IMG/VR virus record: IMGVR_UViG_3300044513_003764
Coordinates: 14,451-78,450 of that record
Reading direction: 5' to 3' (one strand)
From: a virus
Taxonomy: Duplodnaviria > Caudoviricetes
Length of the DNA stretch: 64,000 bases
Made by a program: the position numbers and the translations under genes. Shown here in pieces: positions 54,188 to 62,944 of this stretch (position 1 is the first letter of the stretch; each line of letters begins with the position of its first letter). The notes under the pieces were generated by a model. It was not told where the DNA came from and ran no database searches. It worked only from the letters and a program-made list of their open reading frames with translations.

Positions 54188-54841
54188 TCAGTACAGCGCT
54201 TTAACGGGGGAGAAGCCAGCGGCACCAGTCCGAGAACTAGCTGCCATACCCGCAAGAACATTGGGGTTCGGCATGCCGAGCGTGGCGCTCAGATTCATCA
54301 TGCCCACGGCCAGTTGCGTATCGCGATCAATCTGCTTCTGGGTGATAGCGGACCAAGCGTTGATGGTTTCCTTTTCAACAGCCCTCTGAGTCAGCTCGCG
54401 GGTCTGCTCCATCGCTGCTTGGTTAGCAGCTCGAACTTGACGCTCGTAAAGAGCAGCGTCAATATCAGCCCTTTGCTGAAGGATCTTCGGGTCAATCGAC
54501 TGCTGGAGCAGCTGCTGAAGAATCTTTAAAGTCTGCTCCTGAGCTCCGAAGGTGCCGCTTTGAGCTTGTCCTCGTTGCTGTTGACCAGCTTGCTCGGCTT
54601 CTTGAGTGCGCCGCTGGGCTTCAGCAGCCCTCTCCTCCATTTCCTTGGCCCTCTGATCCTGTTCCTTGGCCAGCTTTTCGGCTTCTGTAGTAACTGGAGG
54701 TTGGGCTTGCTGCCCAGCCATTTTCTGGGCTAACCGATTAATTTCACCAGGAGCCTCAAAAGGCTTGGTCAGCCTTCCAAGAATCTGGGGAAGAGCTTGA
54801 AGTGCCCGTCCTTCTGCAGTATCAAAAAATGAAGTCGACAT
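54188..54841 (-). CDS. Q/A-rich probable internal virion protein
   Basis: Coiled-coil composition; operon context. Confidence 0.65.
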   Translation of the reverse strand: MSTSFFDTAEGRALQALPQILGRLTKPFEAPGEINRLAQKMAGQQAQPPVTTEAEKLAKEQDQRAKEMEERAAEAQRRTQEAEQAGQQQRGQAQSGTFGAQEQTLKILQQLLQQSIDPKILQQRADIDAALYERQVRAANQAAMEQTRELTQRAVEKETINAWSAITQKQIDRDTQLAVGMMNLSATLGMPNPNVLAGMAASSRTGAAGFSPVKALY

Positions 54842-54846
54842 CTTCT

Positions 54847-55377
54847 TTATTTCCCTGTCCCAATTGTACTAAGAGATCCTTGGAAATCAGGGCGCGCCAG
54901 ATAGTTACGCAGGAATTCTTGAGCTGCGCCACCGGTTGCCACCGCTTGAGTCCCCGCCATCTGAGCAAGAGCGGGAATAATCTGTGCTGAGGCGTTGATT
55001 TCTGCCATAGCCCGCTCGCGCTCACCTAGTTCTTGAGCCATCGCACGCTGGCGATTCACATCCTCCTCGATTCGCTCACGCACATCGATCTGAGGTAGAT
55101 CGACAATCCCCAGAGTCGCCAGTCGGAGAATGGCTCGGTTTAAGTTCTCCTTGCCGTAAACCCGCTCGAGGTTTGCCAGCTCACTGGGTCCAACTAAATA
55201 TTTACCCCCTTGTGCAACCGCAGGAGGTGCTTCACCTAAGCGACCAATACCGGACGAGGCACGGGTTAATACCTCACCGCCGACATTACCGAGAAGTTCA
55301 GCTAAAGCAGCTCTAATAAAAGAACCACCTCCAGCAGCAGCGGCAGGAGCGGCAGCGGCAGCAACAGCAGGAGCCAT
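54847..55377 (-). CDS. probable internal virion protein
   Basis: Ala/Gly-rich, 176 aa. Confidence 0.6.
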   Translation of the reverse strand: MAPAVAAAAAPAAAAGGGSFIRAALAELLGNVGGEVLTRASSGIGRLGEAPPAVAQGGKYLVGPSELANLERVYGKENLNRAILRLATLGIVDLPQIDVRERIEEDVNRQRAMAQELGERERAMAEINASAQIIPALAQMAGTQAVATGGAAQEFLRNYLARPDFQGSLSTIGTGK

Positions 55378-55379
55378 AG

Positions 55380-55619
55380 TTAAGAAAGACCCGGTTTGTC
55401 GAAACTAGTGCCTGACGGCGGCTTCTTTATTGATTGTAGTTCATTAGGCATTGATTGTACGCCTAACTGCATACCCTTCTGATCCACAGAGGGCAGTGCT
55501 GATGTCTGTGGAAAGTTGGATTCGATGTACATCTTCAGAAACGAAGTTGTTTCTAAAGAAGGAGCTAACTGACGAACATCGCGTTCGCGTAGCTGTTGTG
55601 CACGAACGTTGTGTCTCAT
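55380..55619 (-). CDS. hypothetical protein
   Basis: 79-aa ORF abutting both neighbours. Confidence 0.5.
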   Translation of the reverse strand: MRHNVRAQQLRERDVRQLAPSLETTSFLKMYIESNFPQTSALPSVDQKGMQLGVQSMPNELQSIKKPPSGTSFDKPGLS

Positions 55620-56116
55620 CAGCTCAGATACTGGAAGTTCTCAGAGGGAGCGATATTGTTCGAGGCCGGAGCATTCAGCATCGAGTAGTTAGAACCCAGG
55701 TTGGGTGTGTCGTACTGAGCAGGACGCTGAGCCGAAAGCATATCCATGTGCTCGTCTTGCTGATCAGCGAGCTGTTGCAGCAGCTGCACAACAAGAGCGA
55801 ATTCTTCGGGCTCTAACTCTGCGATCAGAGAAAGCAAATACTCGTCATTAGGGTTATCATCAGTAACCCGCATGCGCTGCTCAAGCTGAGTGCGCTGCAT
55901 GGGGTTGTTGTTGTCGGGATAACCATTAAGTGAATGGGTTGCCCCGGTGTACATACCCTCATCCGCCTCGTGCCCAGGCATCGGGGGCAGGGCAGTAGCA
56001 AAACGACGAACAATTGCAGCAGTCGCAGGGGTTGCTGCTGCCATCTCTGCGGGAGTCGTAGGAACAGGCAGTCCCAGAATCCGAGCAGCTAGTTCGTAAT
56101 CGGCTTTAGAGAACAC
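55619..56116 (-). CDS. hypothetical protein
   Basis: 165-aa ORF. Confidence 0.65.
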   Translation of the reverse strand: MFSKADYELAARILGLPVPTTPAEMAAATPATAAIVRRFATALPPMPGHEADEGMYTGATHSLNGYPDNNNPMQRTQLEQRMRVTDDNPNDEYLLSLIAELEPEEFALVVQLLQQLADQQDEHMDMLSAQRPAQYDTPNLGSNYSMLNAPASNNIAPSENFQYLS

Positions 56117-56378
56117 CAGAAACCACCACGGCTGATTTATCTATATTACCGCGTATCTCGAGAATATCGCCTGGCGTACAGTCGAGCGTGATGCACAGCT
56201 TCTCTAGTACGTCTGGAGAAGGAATATAGTTAGAGTCAGAGTATATCTTGCGCGTCGTGGTAGGCGATAAGGAAGCTAATTTACTTAAGGCGAACGACGA
56301 TAGCTCGCGACGATCCAGGAGATCCTTAAGAGTATTCAGCAATCGTCCGCTAGACGTATGTGAAGAATAGAAAGGCAT
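56106..56378 (-). CDS. Cro/C1-type (XRE, HTH_26-like) transcriptional regulator
   Basis: LKDLLDRRELSSFALSKLASLSPTTTRKIY...LEKLCITLDCTPGDIL. Confidence 0.85.
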   Translation of the reverse strand: MPFYSSHTSSGRLLNTLKDLLDRRELSSFALSKLASLSPTTTRKIYSDSNYIPSPDVLEKLCITLDCTPGDILEIRGNIDKSAVVVSGVL

Positions 56379-56404
56379 TCCCCTGTAACCCCGAAGTAGC
56401 TAGC

Positions 56405-57091
56405 TTAAGCGAATTTAAAACCTTCAGAAATATCAACTAAACCAGAGCCGCTGAAGTGACCAAACGAAGTTAGATCAAGCTTGGGACTCTGTATCCGACG
56501 CCAGTTCATAACTTCCGACTCAAAACGGATGTCATCTAAAAATAACCAACGGTTCTTCTTGGAGAAGGTGACCGTAGACAAAAGGCTTAAGAACTTCTCC
56601 TCAAACTTACCGTCCTTAGGTCCATCACACATGATAAAGGTAGACTCAATAAACCTGTCCCTGTGAGCCTCAAAGATTTCAGGCTCCTGTAGGTTATCTG
56701 TGAACTGAGTCAGTCGACCTCCCTCTGAGACAAAGTCATCCGGTGTTAGGTAGGTAGTTTCGAACTGGTGCCAAGGAAGAACATCAAACGTATCGACCAC
56801 AGCCTCAAACGCGTAATCGAGCATCACACGGGTCCCTGTGCCGTAGTGAGTACCAACATCGACAATCTTCACCTGCCCTTCGTCATCAACAAGGTGTGTC
56901 AAAAGACCAGCTAACAGCCGGTAATGATCACCGGGGAAGCAGTTAGCAAAGGGGTTATCAATAGAAAGCCTCAGCTTCGAGGCAGTCGATAAAGCCCTGA
57001 GGACATAGTCAAACTTAGAGAATGACTGTGTAGCAGGATCGTCGTCTACTGAAAGGATTGCCGAAGGGAAAGCCTGACGTACAGAGACCAT
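56405..57091 (-). CDS. class I SAM-dependent methyltransferase (Methyltransf_24-like)
   Basis: IVDVGTHYGTG motif I; MCDGPKD and FLDDI motifs. Confidence 0.75.
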   Translation of the reverse strand: MVSVRQAFPSAILSVDDDPATQSFSKFDYVLRALSTASKLRLSIDNPFANCFPGDHYRLLAGLLTHLVDDEGQVKIVDVGTHYGTGTRVMLDYAFEAVVDTFDVLPWHQFETTYLTPDDFVSEGGRLTQFTDNLQEPEIFEAHRDRFIESTFIMCDGPKDGKFEEKFLSLLSTVTFSKKNRWLFLDDIRFESEVMNWRRIQSPKLDLTSFGHFSGSGLVDISEGFKFA

Positions 57092-57121
57092 AACGACCTA
57101 ACAAGTGGAAGCATAGTAACA

Positions 57122-57892
57122 CTAAAAACCTAGATTCTTATGACGACAGAACTCCAGGTCCCAGGTAGTAAAGCTGTTGGGAAGCTCAGGGATATTAAAA
57201 GGAGTTTTGTAAGTCTCTCCTTCAACGTGGGCTTGCCACGCTTCGCTCCACTTAGCGTGTAGGTATCTCTTATTCATTTCGTGCGCTACGTGAACAGCAT
57301 TCTGCAGGCGAGGTTCGGAACGCCAGGTCTGAGACCCGTCGGAATAATCCTTTTTGGTTCCGTGGTAGTACCCGTGCTCCAGGCTTAAAACGCGCTTGAC
57401 GTCGTCGTGAATAAAGCGCATCCCATAATCCATATCCTCGCAATAGCCGGGGTAGAGATTCTCATCAAACAACCCGTACTTCTGGACCATCCAATCTTTA
57501 AGTAGGAAGATATCCCAGCCGCCGCCAGAACCGTGCACGATACCAACTTCTTCGTCTTCTGCTTTTGAGCTCATCTCTCCGAGAAAACCCGGCTCAAACA
57601 TCACGTCGTGGTTTGAGATCACCCAGTAGGGTGCCTTCATAAAGCTTTTGATTATCAGGTTCCACGCTCCGGAGCACCCGATATTGGCTGGCATGTGGGT
57701 TACATGCACCTTCCGCACAAAGGGATTTACAAGGCTTTTAACAGCTTCCACCTCCTCAGTAATCTGACCCCTACCGTTGTTATTGAAAACAACAAAATTA
57801 TCTACAGGGTAATCAATGCTCATGAAGAGCCTGTGTAACCAATAGGGATTATTAACAATCGCCGTACCAATTACAGGGATGGGTTTTGACAT
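57122..57892 (-). CDS. glycosyltransferase family 2-like protein
   Basis: NIGCSGAWN, ISNHDVMF and GLFDENLYPGYCEDMDY motifs. Confidence 0.8.
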   Translation of the reverse strand: MSKPIPVIGTAIVNNPYWLHRLFMSIDYPVDNFVVFNNNGRGQITEEVEAVKSLVNPFVRKVHVTHMPANIGCSGAWNLIIKSFMKAPYWVISNHDVMFEPGFLGEMSSKAEDEEVGIVHGSGGGWDIFLLKDWMVQKYGLFDENLYPGYCEDMDYGMRFIHDDVKRVLSLEHGYYHGTKKDYSDGSQTWRSEPRLQNAVHVAHEMNKRYLHAKWSEAWQAHVEGETYKTPFNIPELPNSFTTWDLEFCRHKNLGF

Positions 57893-57926
57893 CGCCCTAC
57901 TGATTTATGTCAGCATAGTAGCAAAC

Positions 57927-58322
57927 TTAAGCTTTTGAGTACTGCGTACAACCGATCGCGTCGACAGTCTCAGCTTCGGGGTAATCGAAAGAGCATCCGA
58001 ACTTAGTCTTATGAGCACACGTAGTACAAGGAAGATCCGTATCTTCTGGCTTGACATAGGTTTGCGTACGCTCCAGTGAATTCTTAATGTGCTTAAGAGC
58101 TATACGAAGTTCTTTAAGCTCCTGATAAGCCTCATTACTAATTTCGAACCGCGTCTCCCTGTAGAAACATTTTTCGCAAGTGTGTCTCCTCCGAGTACCT
58201 TCTGGGACTTTTCTAGATTCAAGGACCACAAAAGCGGGTTCACTGCAACAGGGACACTTAGCCTTGTTGGTACGAAGACCGCGAATTTGATCGACTGTGT
58301 GGGGTTTAAGTTGAGCTGCCAT
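57927..58322 (-). CDS. NrdR-like zinc-ribbon protein without ATP cone
   Basis: CPCC...VLESR...TRRRHTCEKCFYRETRFE matches the NrdR N-terminus; an extra CxxC...C...C cluster replaces the ATP cone. Confidence 0.65.
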   Translation of the reverse strand: MAAQLKPHTVDQIRGLRTNKAKCPCCSEPAFVVLESRKVPEGTRRRHTCEKCFYRETRFEISNEAYQELKELRIALKHIKNSLERTQTYVKPEDTDLPCTTCAHKTKFGCSFDYPEAETVDAIGCTQYSKA

Positions 58323-58336
58323 TTACATAAAAAAAG

Positions 58337-58409
58337 TACCCGAGGTGGGATTCGAACCCACGCTGGAGCGATTTTAAGTCGCTTGTCTCTTCCGCTGGAC
58401 TACTCGGGC
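58337..58409 (-). tRNA. trnL: tRNA-Leu(TAA), intronless, short variable loop, CCA not encoded
   Basis: GCCCGAG/CTCGGGT acceptor stem, AGCGA-CTTAAAA-TCGCT anticodon arm, GTGGG-TTCGAAT-CCCAC T arm, discriminator A. Confidence 0.9.
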
Positions 58410-58425
58410 CAGCGGTGACAGCATA

Positions 58426-58704
58426 CTAGCTTTCTTCGGGTTCTACGGAGTCTTCCGCGAACTTGTAGTAATCCTCATTTTCCACAAAGGATGAGACTCG
58501 GGAGTCTTTGTTTTCAGGGTGAGCCCAGGTGTCATCAAACGGAAGAGGCTCTGTTCCGTACTCAAAAGTATCGTAGTCGTCTTCGTTGCGTGGATCTTCT
58601 ATAAACGCATAGTGTGTCGTCTCCTCTTCAATAAACCCTTGGAGCTCCTTGATCGCTAGCTCAAGAAGCTCGTCGTCCGAGAGATTCTTATCGGAAGAGG
58701 ACAC
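58426..58704 (-). CDS. acidic hypothetical protein
   Basis: 92 aa; DYDTFEYGTEPLP motif. Confidence 0.6.
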   Translation of the reverse strand: MSSSDKNLSDDELLELAIKELQGFIEEETTHYAFIEDPRNEDDYDTFEYGTEPLPFDDTWAHPENKDSRVSSFVENEDYYKFAEDSVEPEES

Positions 58705-58737
58705 CGAGGCTCGGGGTTGGCTTTGCCTACCGTAGGT

Positions 58738-59022
58738 CTAATTCTGAAGCCTTGCAAGCTGTTTGCAAACTGCTGTACGAGGCTCACCGTATAAACGCAG
58801 GCTGTTGAGCTGACACTCCTTAGCCCACTGTTCCTCTCGGCGCATTTCGACGGCTGCGGGATTAACGGTGAAGAACGCGACCCAGAGCAAGATAAAAAGG
58901 AAAGGTGTCCCAAACCAGACAGCAAGCTTGGTAAGAGAGTTAACGCCCGCATAGACGGCAACTGCTTGCACTGCGTGCTTGGAGTCCAGGTTGATGTTGG
59001 TGTTGTTAGTCATGTAGGTCAC
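58738..59022 (-). CDS. membrane hypothetical protein
   Basis: Hydrophobic segment LAVWFGTPFLFILLWVAFFTV; directly behind a near-consensus promoter. Confidence 0.6.
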   Translation of the reverse strand: MTYMTNNTNINLDSKHAVQAVAVYAGVNSLTKLAVWFGTPFLFILLWVAFFTVNPAAVEMRREEQWAKECQLNSLRLYGEPRTAVCKQLARLQN

Positions 59023-59036
59023 CTTGTGACATGCAC

Positions 59037-59065
59037 ATCATACACAGCACACCTAAGCGTGTCAA
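59037..59065 (-). promoter_or_regulatory. near-consensus sigma70 promoter
   Basis: TTGACA-17 nt-TATGAT. Confidence 0.75.
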
Positions 59066-59105
59066 GAAAATACTGCTACCATGCTGAGAGCTTACAGAAC
59101 TTCAG

Positions 59106-59822
59106 ATGACCACAGCTTCTAAGCCTTCATTCAAAGAGCTTATGAGCCAGATGAAGCAGGATGCTCCCACAGTGGCTCCTACTGTCGCAATCCAAGGTAA
59201 TAAGAAAAAGCTTGACGAGCGGTATGACCTTAATCAGTCCTGGTACGACGCTCTGCTTAACACCGACATGGTGCTTTGCTCGAGGGACGAAGCTAAAGAT
59301 CTCCGTCTAGACCCGGAAGCTAAGAGGCAGATTGTCGAGATCGGAGTATACGAGGGCGCCTCTTCGGCTTTCTGGTCTGATTTCTATATGAATCACCTGG
59401 AATCGCGTCTGATTTCGATCGATCCTTTCACCGGAAGCTCAGAACACCACGAAAAACCGGAAAACTACCCCGAACTGGAGCGCATCGAGCTTACTGCTCG
59501 TGGAAATATCGCTAAATCCGACAACGCAGCCAAGATCGAGATCCTTAAAGGTTGCAGCTGGGACGTTTTCCCTGAGCTGAATCGGCGTTTTGGCTCCGAA
59601 CCGTGGATTGACCTCCTGTACATCGACGGCGCACACGATCCAACCTCTGTAGCACGTGATACTACGCTCTATGTGCCGATGGTCAAGTCTGGGGGCGTTG
59701 TAATCTTTGATGATTACGGTCACCCTGATGTTAAAAGGGGTGTCGATGGCGCCTTGACGGCGTTCGCGTCCATGGAATTGGCTATCTTTACCGGATGGCA
59801 ACTCGCCTGCAAAGTCAAATGA
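59106..59822 (+). CDS. class I SAM-dependent methyltransferase (Methyltransf_24-like)
   Basis: IVEIGVYEGASS, ISIDPF, LLYIDGAH, GGVVIFDDY motifs. Confidence 0.85.
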   Translation: MTTASKPSFKELMSQMKQDAPTVAPTVAIQGNKKKLDERYDLNQSWYDALLNTDMVLCSRDEAKDLRLDPEAKRQIVEIGVYEGASSAFWSDFYMNHLESRLISIDPFTGSSEHHEKPENYPELERIELTARGNIAKSDNAAKIEILKGCSWDVFPELNRRFGSEPWIDLLYIDGAHDPTSVARDTTLYVPMVKSGGVVIFDDYGHPDVKRGVDGALTAFASMELAIFTGWQLACKVK

Positions 59823-60055
59823 ACAATTTCCAACTCCTCAAGAAGCTCGACAAGGCTCACTCCATCTGTGAGCCATGCGGCGAGGAGTTCGGAGACCCCT
59901 CTGGCAAACCATATGTACTGAAACAAGGTGTTTGCGATGTCTGCGGTGACCACACGCTTGTATCTGACACGAGTAACTGGGGTCACCTAAGACGAGGACG
60001 CGCTAAAAGCGTCAAAAAAATCACAAGCAAAGTCTTCGAAGAGCCTCAAACCTAA
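59819..60055 (+). CDS. small zinc-finger-like protein
   Basis: CEPCG...CDVCG; ATGA overlap with the upstream gene. Confidence 0.6.
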   Translation: MNNFQLLKKLDKAHSICEPCGEEFGDPSGKPYVLKQGVCDVCGDHTLVSDTSNWGHLRRGRAKSVKKITSKVFEEPQT

Positions 60056-60250
60056 ATGGCTGACGTCAAACGAATCTGCGCCAACTGTCTTTATTTCGAT
60101 TTAGTAAAAGTCGGAGAACACAACGCTTATGGTCTCTGCAGGCGCCACGCTCCCTTCGCTCGGGAGAAGCAAGGACCAGATCCAGCCAAAGCACAGTGGC
60201 CTCGTGTCACCGCTCATCTTGACTGGTGTGGAGAATTTGAGCTCCGTTGA
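60056..60250 (+). CDS. Cys-rich small phage protein
   Basis: CANCLYF...CRRHAP...WP.V...DWCGEF motif. Confidence 0.7.
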   Translation: MADVKRICANCLYFDLVKVGEHNAYGLCRRHAPFAREKQGPDPAKAQWPRVTAHLDWCGEFELR

Positions 60251-60368
60251 GGCATGAAACACGCCTTTCTAGCGCTTTTCCACAGAGATTATTTCCCTAA
60301 TAGCTTGCAAGGACGTCGTTTTTTATTACTGCCCTTTGCCCTTAGTCTTCTACAGCTTGCATTCTGGC

Positions 60369-60536
60369 TCATTTTTTTACACCCCACCCCTCGGGCTTCG
60401 TCCAACGCGTCAACTGAATCTTTCTCTCATCCACGAGATGCCAGCTGCTCACATACGACTGCTCACCCCAAGCAGCCCTAACTAGGATGCTGTACGAGTC
60501 TTGTGGGATAACTTCGAAATCTTCCTCGTCAAACAT
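60369..60536 (-). CDS. small hypothetical protein
   Basis: Likely start MFDEEDF at 60536; YVSSWHLV motif. Confidence 0.55.
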   Translation of the reverse strand: MFDEEDFEVIPQDSYSILVRAAWGEQSYVSSWHLVDERKIQLTRWTKPEGWGVKK

Positions 60537-60777
60537 CGTCGATACGATCCTCAGGAAATAACACCTTGTACACAAAGTTAATCTGAGCTGCTCTATCTAC
60601 ATGTTCGTTATAGGCTGCAATGATTGTACCCTTAATAATACTAGGCAAACGATTGATCATCCGATCATCGTCCAGGTACTCATACAGACAATCCTTTAGC
60701 CTATCTTCAGCTTGCTTCTCGTAAGTATTCTGGATCATTTGCTCGTACCCCGGAAAAGGAAGTGGTTGATCAGTCAA
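60529..60777 (-). CDS. hypothetical protein
   Basis: 82-aa ORF; EDRLKDCLYEYLDD motif. Confidence 0.6.
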   Translation of the reverse strand: MTDQPLPFPGYEQMIQNTYEKQAEDRLKDCLYEYLDDDRMINRLPSIIKGTIIAAYNEHVDRAAQINFVYKVLFPEDRIDDV

Positions 60778-60813
60778 AACTACTCCTACCGCAGTGCGAG
60801 CTTAAACTCTAAA

Positions 60814-60981
60814 TCACCAATGACGAATAACGCCAGCGATGATGAAACAATTGGTCACGAGGTACGACACGAAAATGAACGTTCGTACCCACGCAACTCG
60901 ATCTGAAACAACGTCACAATCGGACGCTTTTGGTCCAAGAGCATTCGCCCAAATGTGAAATGCTCTGCGCCGCCGTCGCAT
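60814..60981 (-). CDS. small cyanophage membrane protein (55 aa), not in ORF track
   Basis: IWANALGPKAS...SDRVAWVRTFIFVSYLVTNCFIIAGVIRHW*, a family recalled from cyanomyoviruses. Confidence 0.7.
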   Translation of the reverse strand: MRRRRRAFHIWANALGPKASDCDVVSDRVAWVRTFIFVSYLVTNCFIIAGVIRHW

Positions 60982-61175
60982 CAGTCAATGTGCAGTTCGC
61001 CGTTCTCGTCCCACGAGAGGCTGTGCATTAAATGATAAGGGGGCTGCTTTAAATTCGAGGTATTACTTCCCCGATTTATAGCTTTAGGAGTAGCCATCGC
61101 GATCAGTTTGCCGAGCTGCTCGTGGATGCGATTCACATTGCCATTTGAAACAAACACCGTCGTGTTGCGAGTCAA
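60981..61175 (-). CDS. hypothetical protein
   Basis: 64-aa ORF abutting the next gene. Confidence 0.5.
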   Translation of the reverse strand: MTRNTTVFVSNGNVNRIHEQLGKLIAMATPKAINRGSNTSNLKQPPYHLMHSLSWDENGELHID

Positions 61176-61335
61176 ACAACTCTAGGAAGCCTTGCGACGC
61201 AAGAGATCTAACGTAACGAAACCTTTCGTATTTCTAAGGAAGTAGCTTTTTACAGAGGCAAAGAACGAGCCAACAAATTAGCCAGTAACTAACTGAAAAG
61301 TAAACCAGAGCAGCCAGTGAAACCTCTGAGTCCAC

Positions 61336-61656
61336 TTAAACTCCTTTAAGCTTGCCAAGCATACGGGCGCGTTCAACACCTTCGCGGATTCCTGGTAAAT
61401 TAATCAGTTCCCTAAGTGCAGCTTCCTCAGCTTCAGAACGAGGACCGACGTTCGTATTTGCTTCCTCAAGAGTCAAAGGACCATAAACCTGAGCAAGCTC
61501 GGGGCTAGCGATGAACATATCTAAAAAAGCCTGAGCTTTACGCCCAGCATCATCGATTCCTGCTTCAAACTCAGCAGTGGAAGGAGGAACCATCGACTGA
61601 GGGATTTCTCCGATCATTCCATACTTCATATACTCGTTCTCAGGAGCAAAAGACAT
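61336..61656 (-). CDS. hypothetical protein
   Basis: 106-aa ORF. Confidence 0.6.
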   Translation of the reverse strand: MSFAPENEYMKYGMIGEIPQSMVPPSTAEFEAGIDDAGRKAQAFLDMFIASPELAQVYGPLTLEEANTNVGPRSEAEEAALRELINLPGIREGVERARMLGKLKGV

Positions 61657-61782
61657 TTTGCTGTACGCCAGAAATCCTCAACCAATTATAAATCGGCCAC
61701 GGGGGGTTAAGAGATCAATTGCTGTTCTCCTAACCTTGTGGGCGATGGGGAGCACATTAATGCTCTTTACCGGAGCACTCAG

Positions 61783-62736
61783 TTATTTAAAGGAATCTGT
61801 TTCGTACTCAGGTAACAAACCCCGACGATAAGCTTCGCGATAAGCAAGCCCAGGGTTAGCTTCCACCCAGCTCATAAAGCTTTCTGGGGTCATGCCGCGC
61901 ATCTCACCGGATTCCCACAGGCGACGTTGCAGTTCACCGCCTTGCGCCATTTCTGACCCGCGCATGTGAGCCTCGACGTAGAAACGAGCAAGGTCGTTTT
62001 CTTGGGTGCGCTCCTCAGGGGAGGGCGTGGAAGTCGGAGGCACCTTAACGGAAACAGGAGGACGACGCTCTTCAACGGGGCGATCTTGAGGAGGAGCAGG
62101 AGGAACAGATCCGTTTTCTTGAGAAACACCAGCTTGAGTCCTCTGCCAAAAAGGCTTCAAGTCTCGATCGAGTCCTTGCGTAGCTTCCTGGGATGCACGG
62201 ATAGCTTCGAACATACGAATATCTGGTTCGAAACCTGGGCCAGTTAGACCTCGAGTCCGGTACTCATTAAAGATACGCAGCGTCTCAGGGTCAGTCAGAT
62301 CGATATCTCGAGCGTCGACAGACTTAAGATCCCGAGTCAACGCATCTGCCCCGGCGGCACCAAGGACACCCCCGACTACGGTTCCAGGAGGACCAAAGAT
62401 ACTCCCCACGCCTGCTCCAAGAACACCGCCGAGTTCACTAGCTCCTAAATTGACGGCAACCTGCTCAGGACTCCTTCCTTCCTGAAGCTGAAGACTTGCG
62501 TCAAGAGCATTAAGAGCAGTGCCAACAATCGGAAGAGCTACCTTAGGAATATTGGGGCGCTTAAAAATACCCGCCATCCTCGGTGGTGGCGTACCCTTAC
62601 CTAAATTCCTAAGTTGTTGAGCGGAGGCAGCTGCATCACGAGCTGCTTGAGCCTTACTACTCGGTAGACCAAGCGTTTCCCAATTAAAAATAGGGCTAAC
62701 ACCGACTGGCGCTTGAAACGGACGAGGAGTCGGCAT
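61783..62736 (-). CDS. hypothetical, probable virion protein with Gly-rich hydrophobic segment
   Basis: LGGVLGAGVGSIFGPPGTVVGGVLGAAG glycine-zipper-like segment. Confidence 0.65.
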   Translation of the reverse strand: MPTPRPFQAPVGVSPIFNWETLGLPSSKAQAARDAAASAQQLRNLGKGTPPPRMAGIFKRPNIPKVALPIVGTALNALDASLQLQEGRSPEQVAVNLGASELGGVLGAGVGSIFGPPGTVVGGVLGAAGADALTRDLKSVDARDIDLTDPETLRIFNEYRTRGLTGPGFEPDIRMFEAIRASQEATQGLDRDLKPFWQRTQAGVSQENGSVPPAPPQDRPVEERRPPVSVKVPPTSTPSPEERTQENDLARFYVEAHMRGSEMAQGGELQRRLWESGEMRGMTPESFMSWVEANPGLAYREAYRRGLLPEYETDSFK

Positions 62737-62944
62737 TTATAAAGACATCTAGAGCTGTTTGACCAGTCTAAGGCAGCTAAGTAGGGATTAACCAGCTGAT
62801 GTAGCTCAAAACTACGACGACAAAGCCCATCAACGCCGTGTAAGAACCAAAAAAGTCCACGGATGCGTTTTTGAACGACGAATAAAGCTTAGAAGGTGTA
62901 GCCAGAAGGCTACGGTTGCCTAAAACACAGAAAATTAACCCAAA

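Noticed and set aside
46399-57892. Glycosyltransferases as a T4-like DNA hypermodification pathway
   Set aside because: No hydroxymethylase, TET/JBP or base-modifying kinase gene is visible, ThyX implies ordinary dTMP, and GT17/GT2-like families and their head-module location fit protein or surface glycans better; not excluded for genes outside the window
60254-60481. Plus-strand 75-aa hydrophobic ORF
   Set aside because: Overlaps a better-supported minus-strand gene (60369..60536) and has no recognisable motif; likely a shadow ORF
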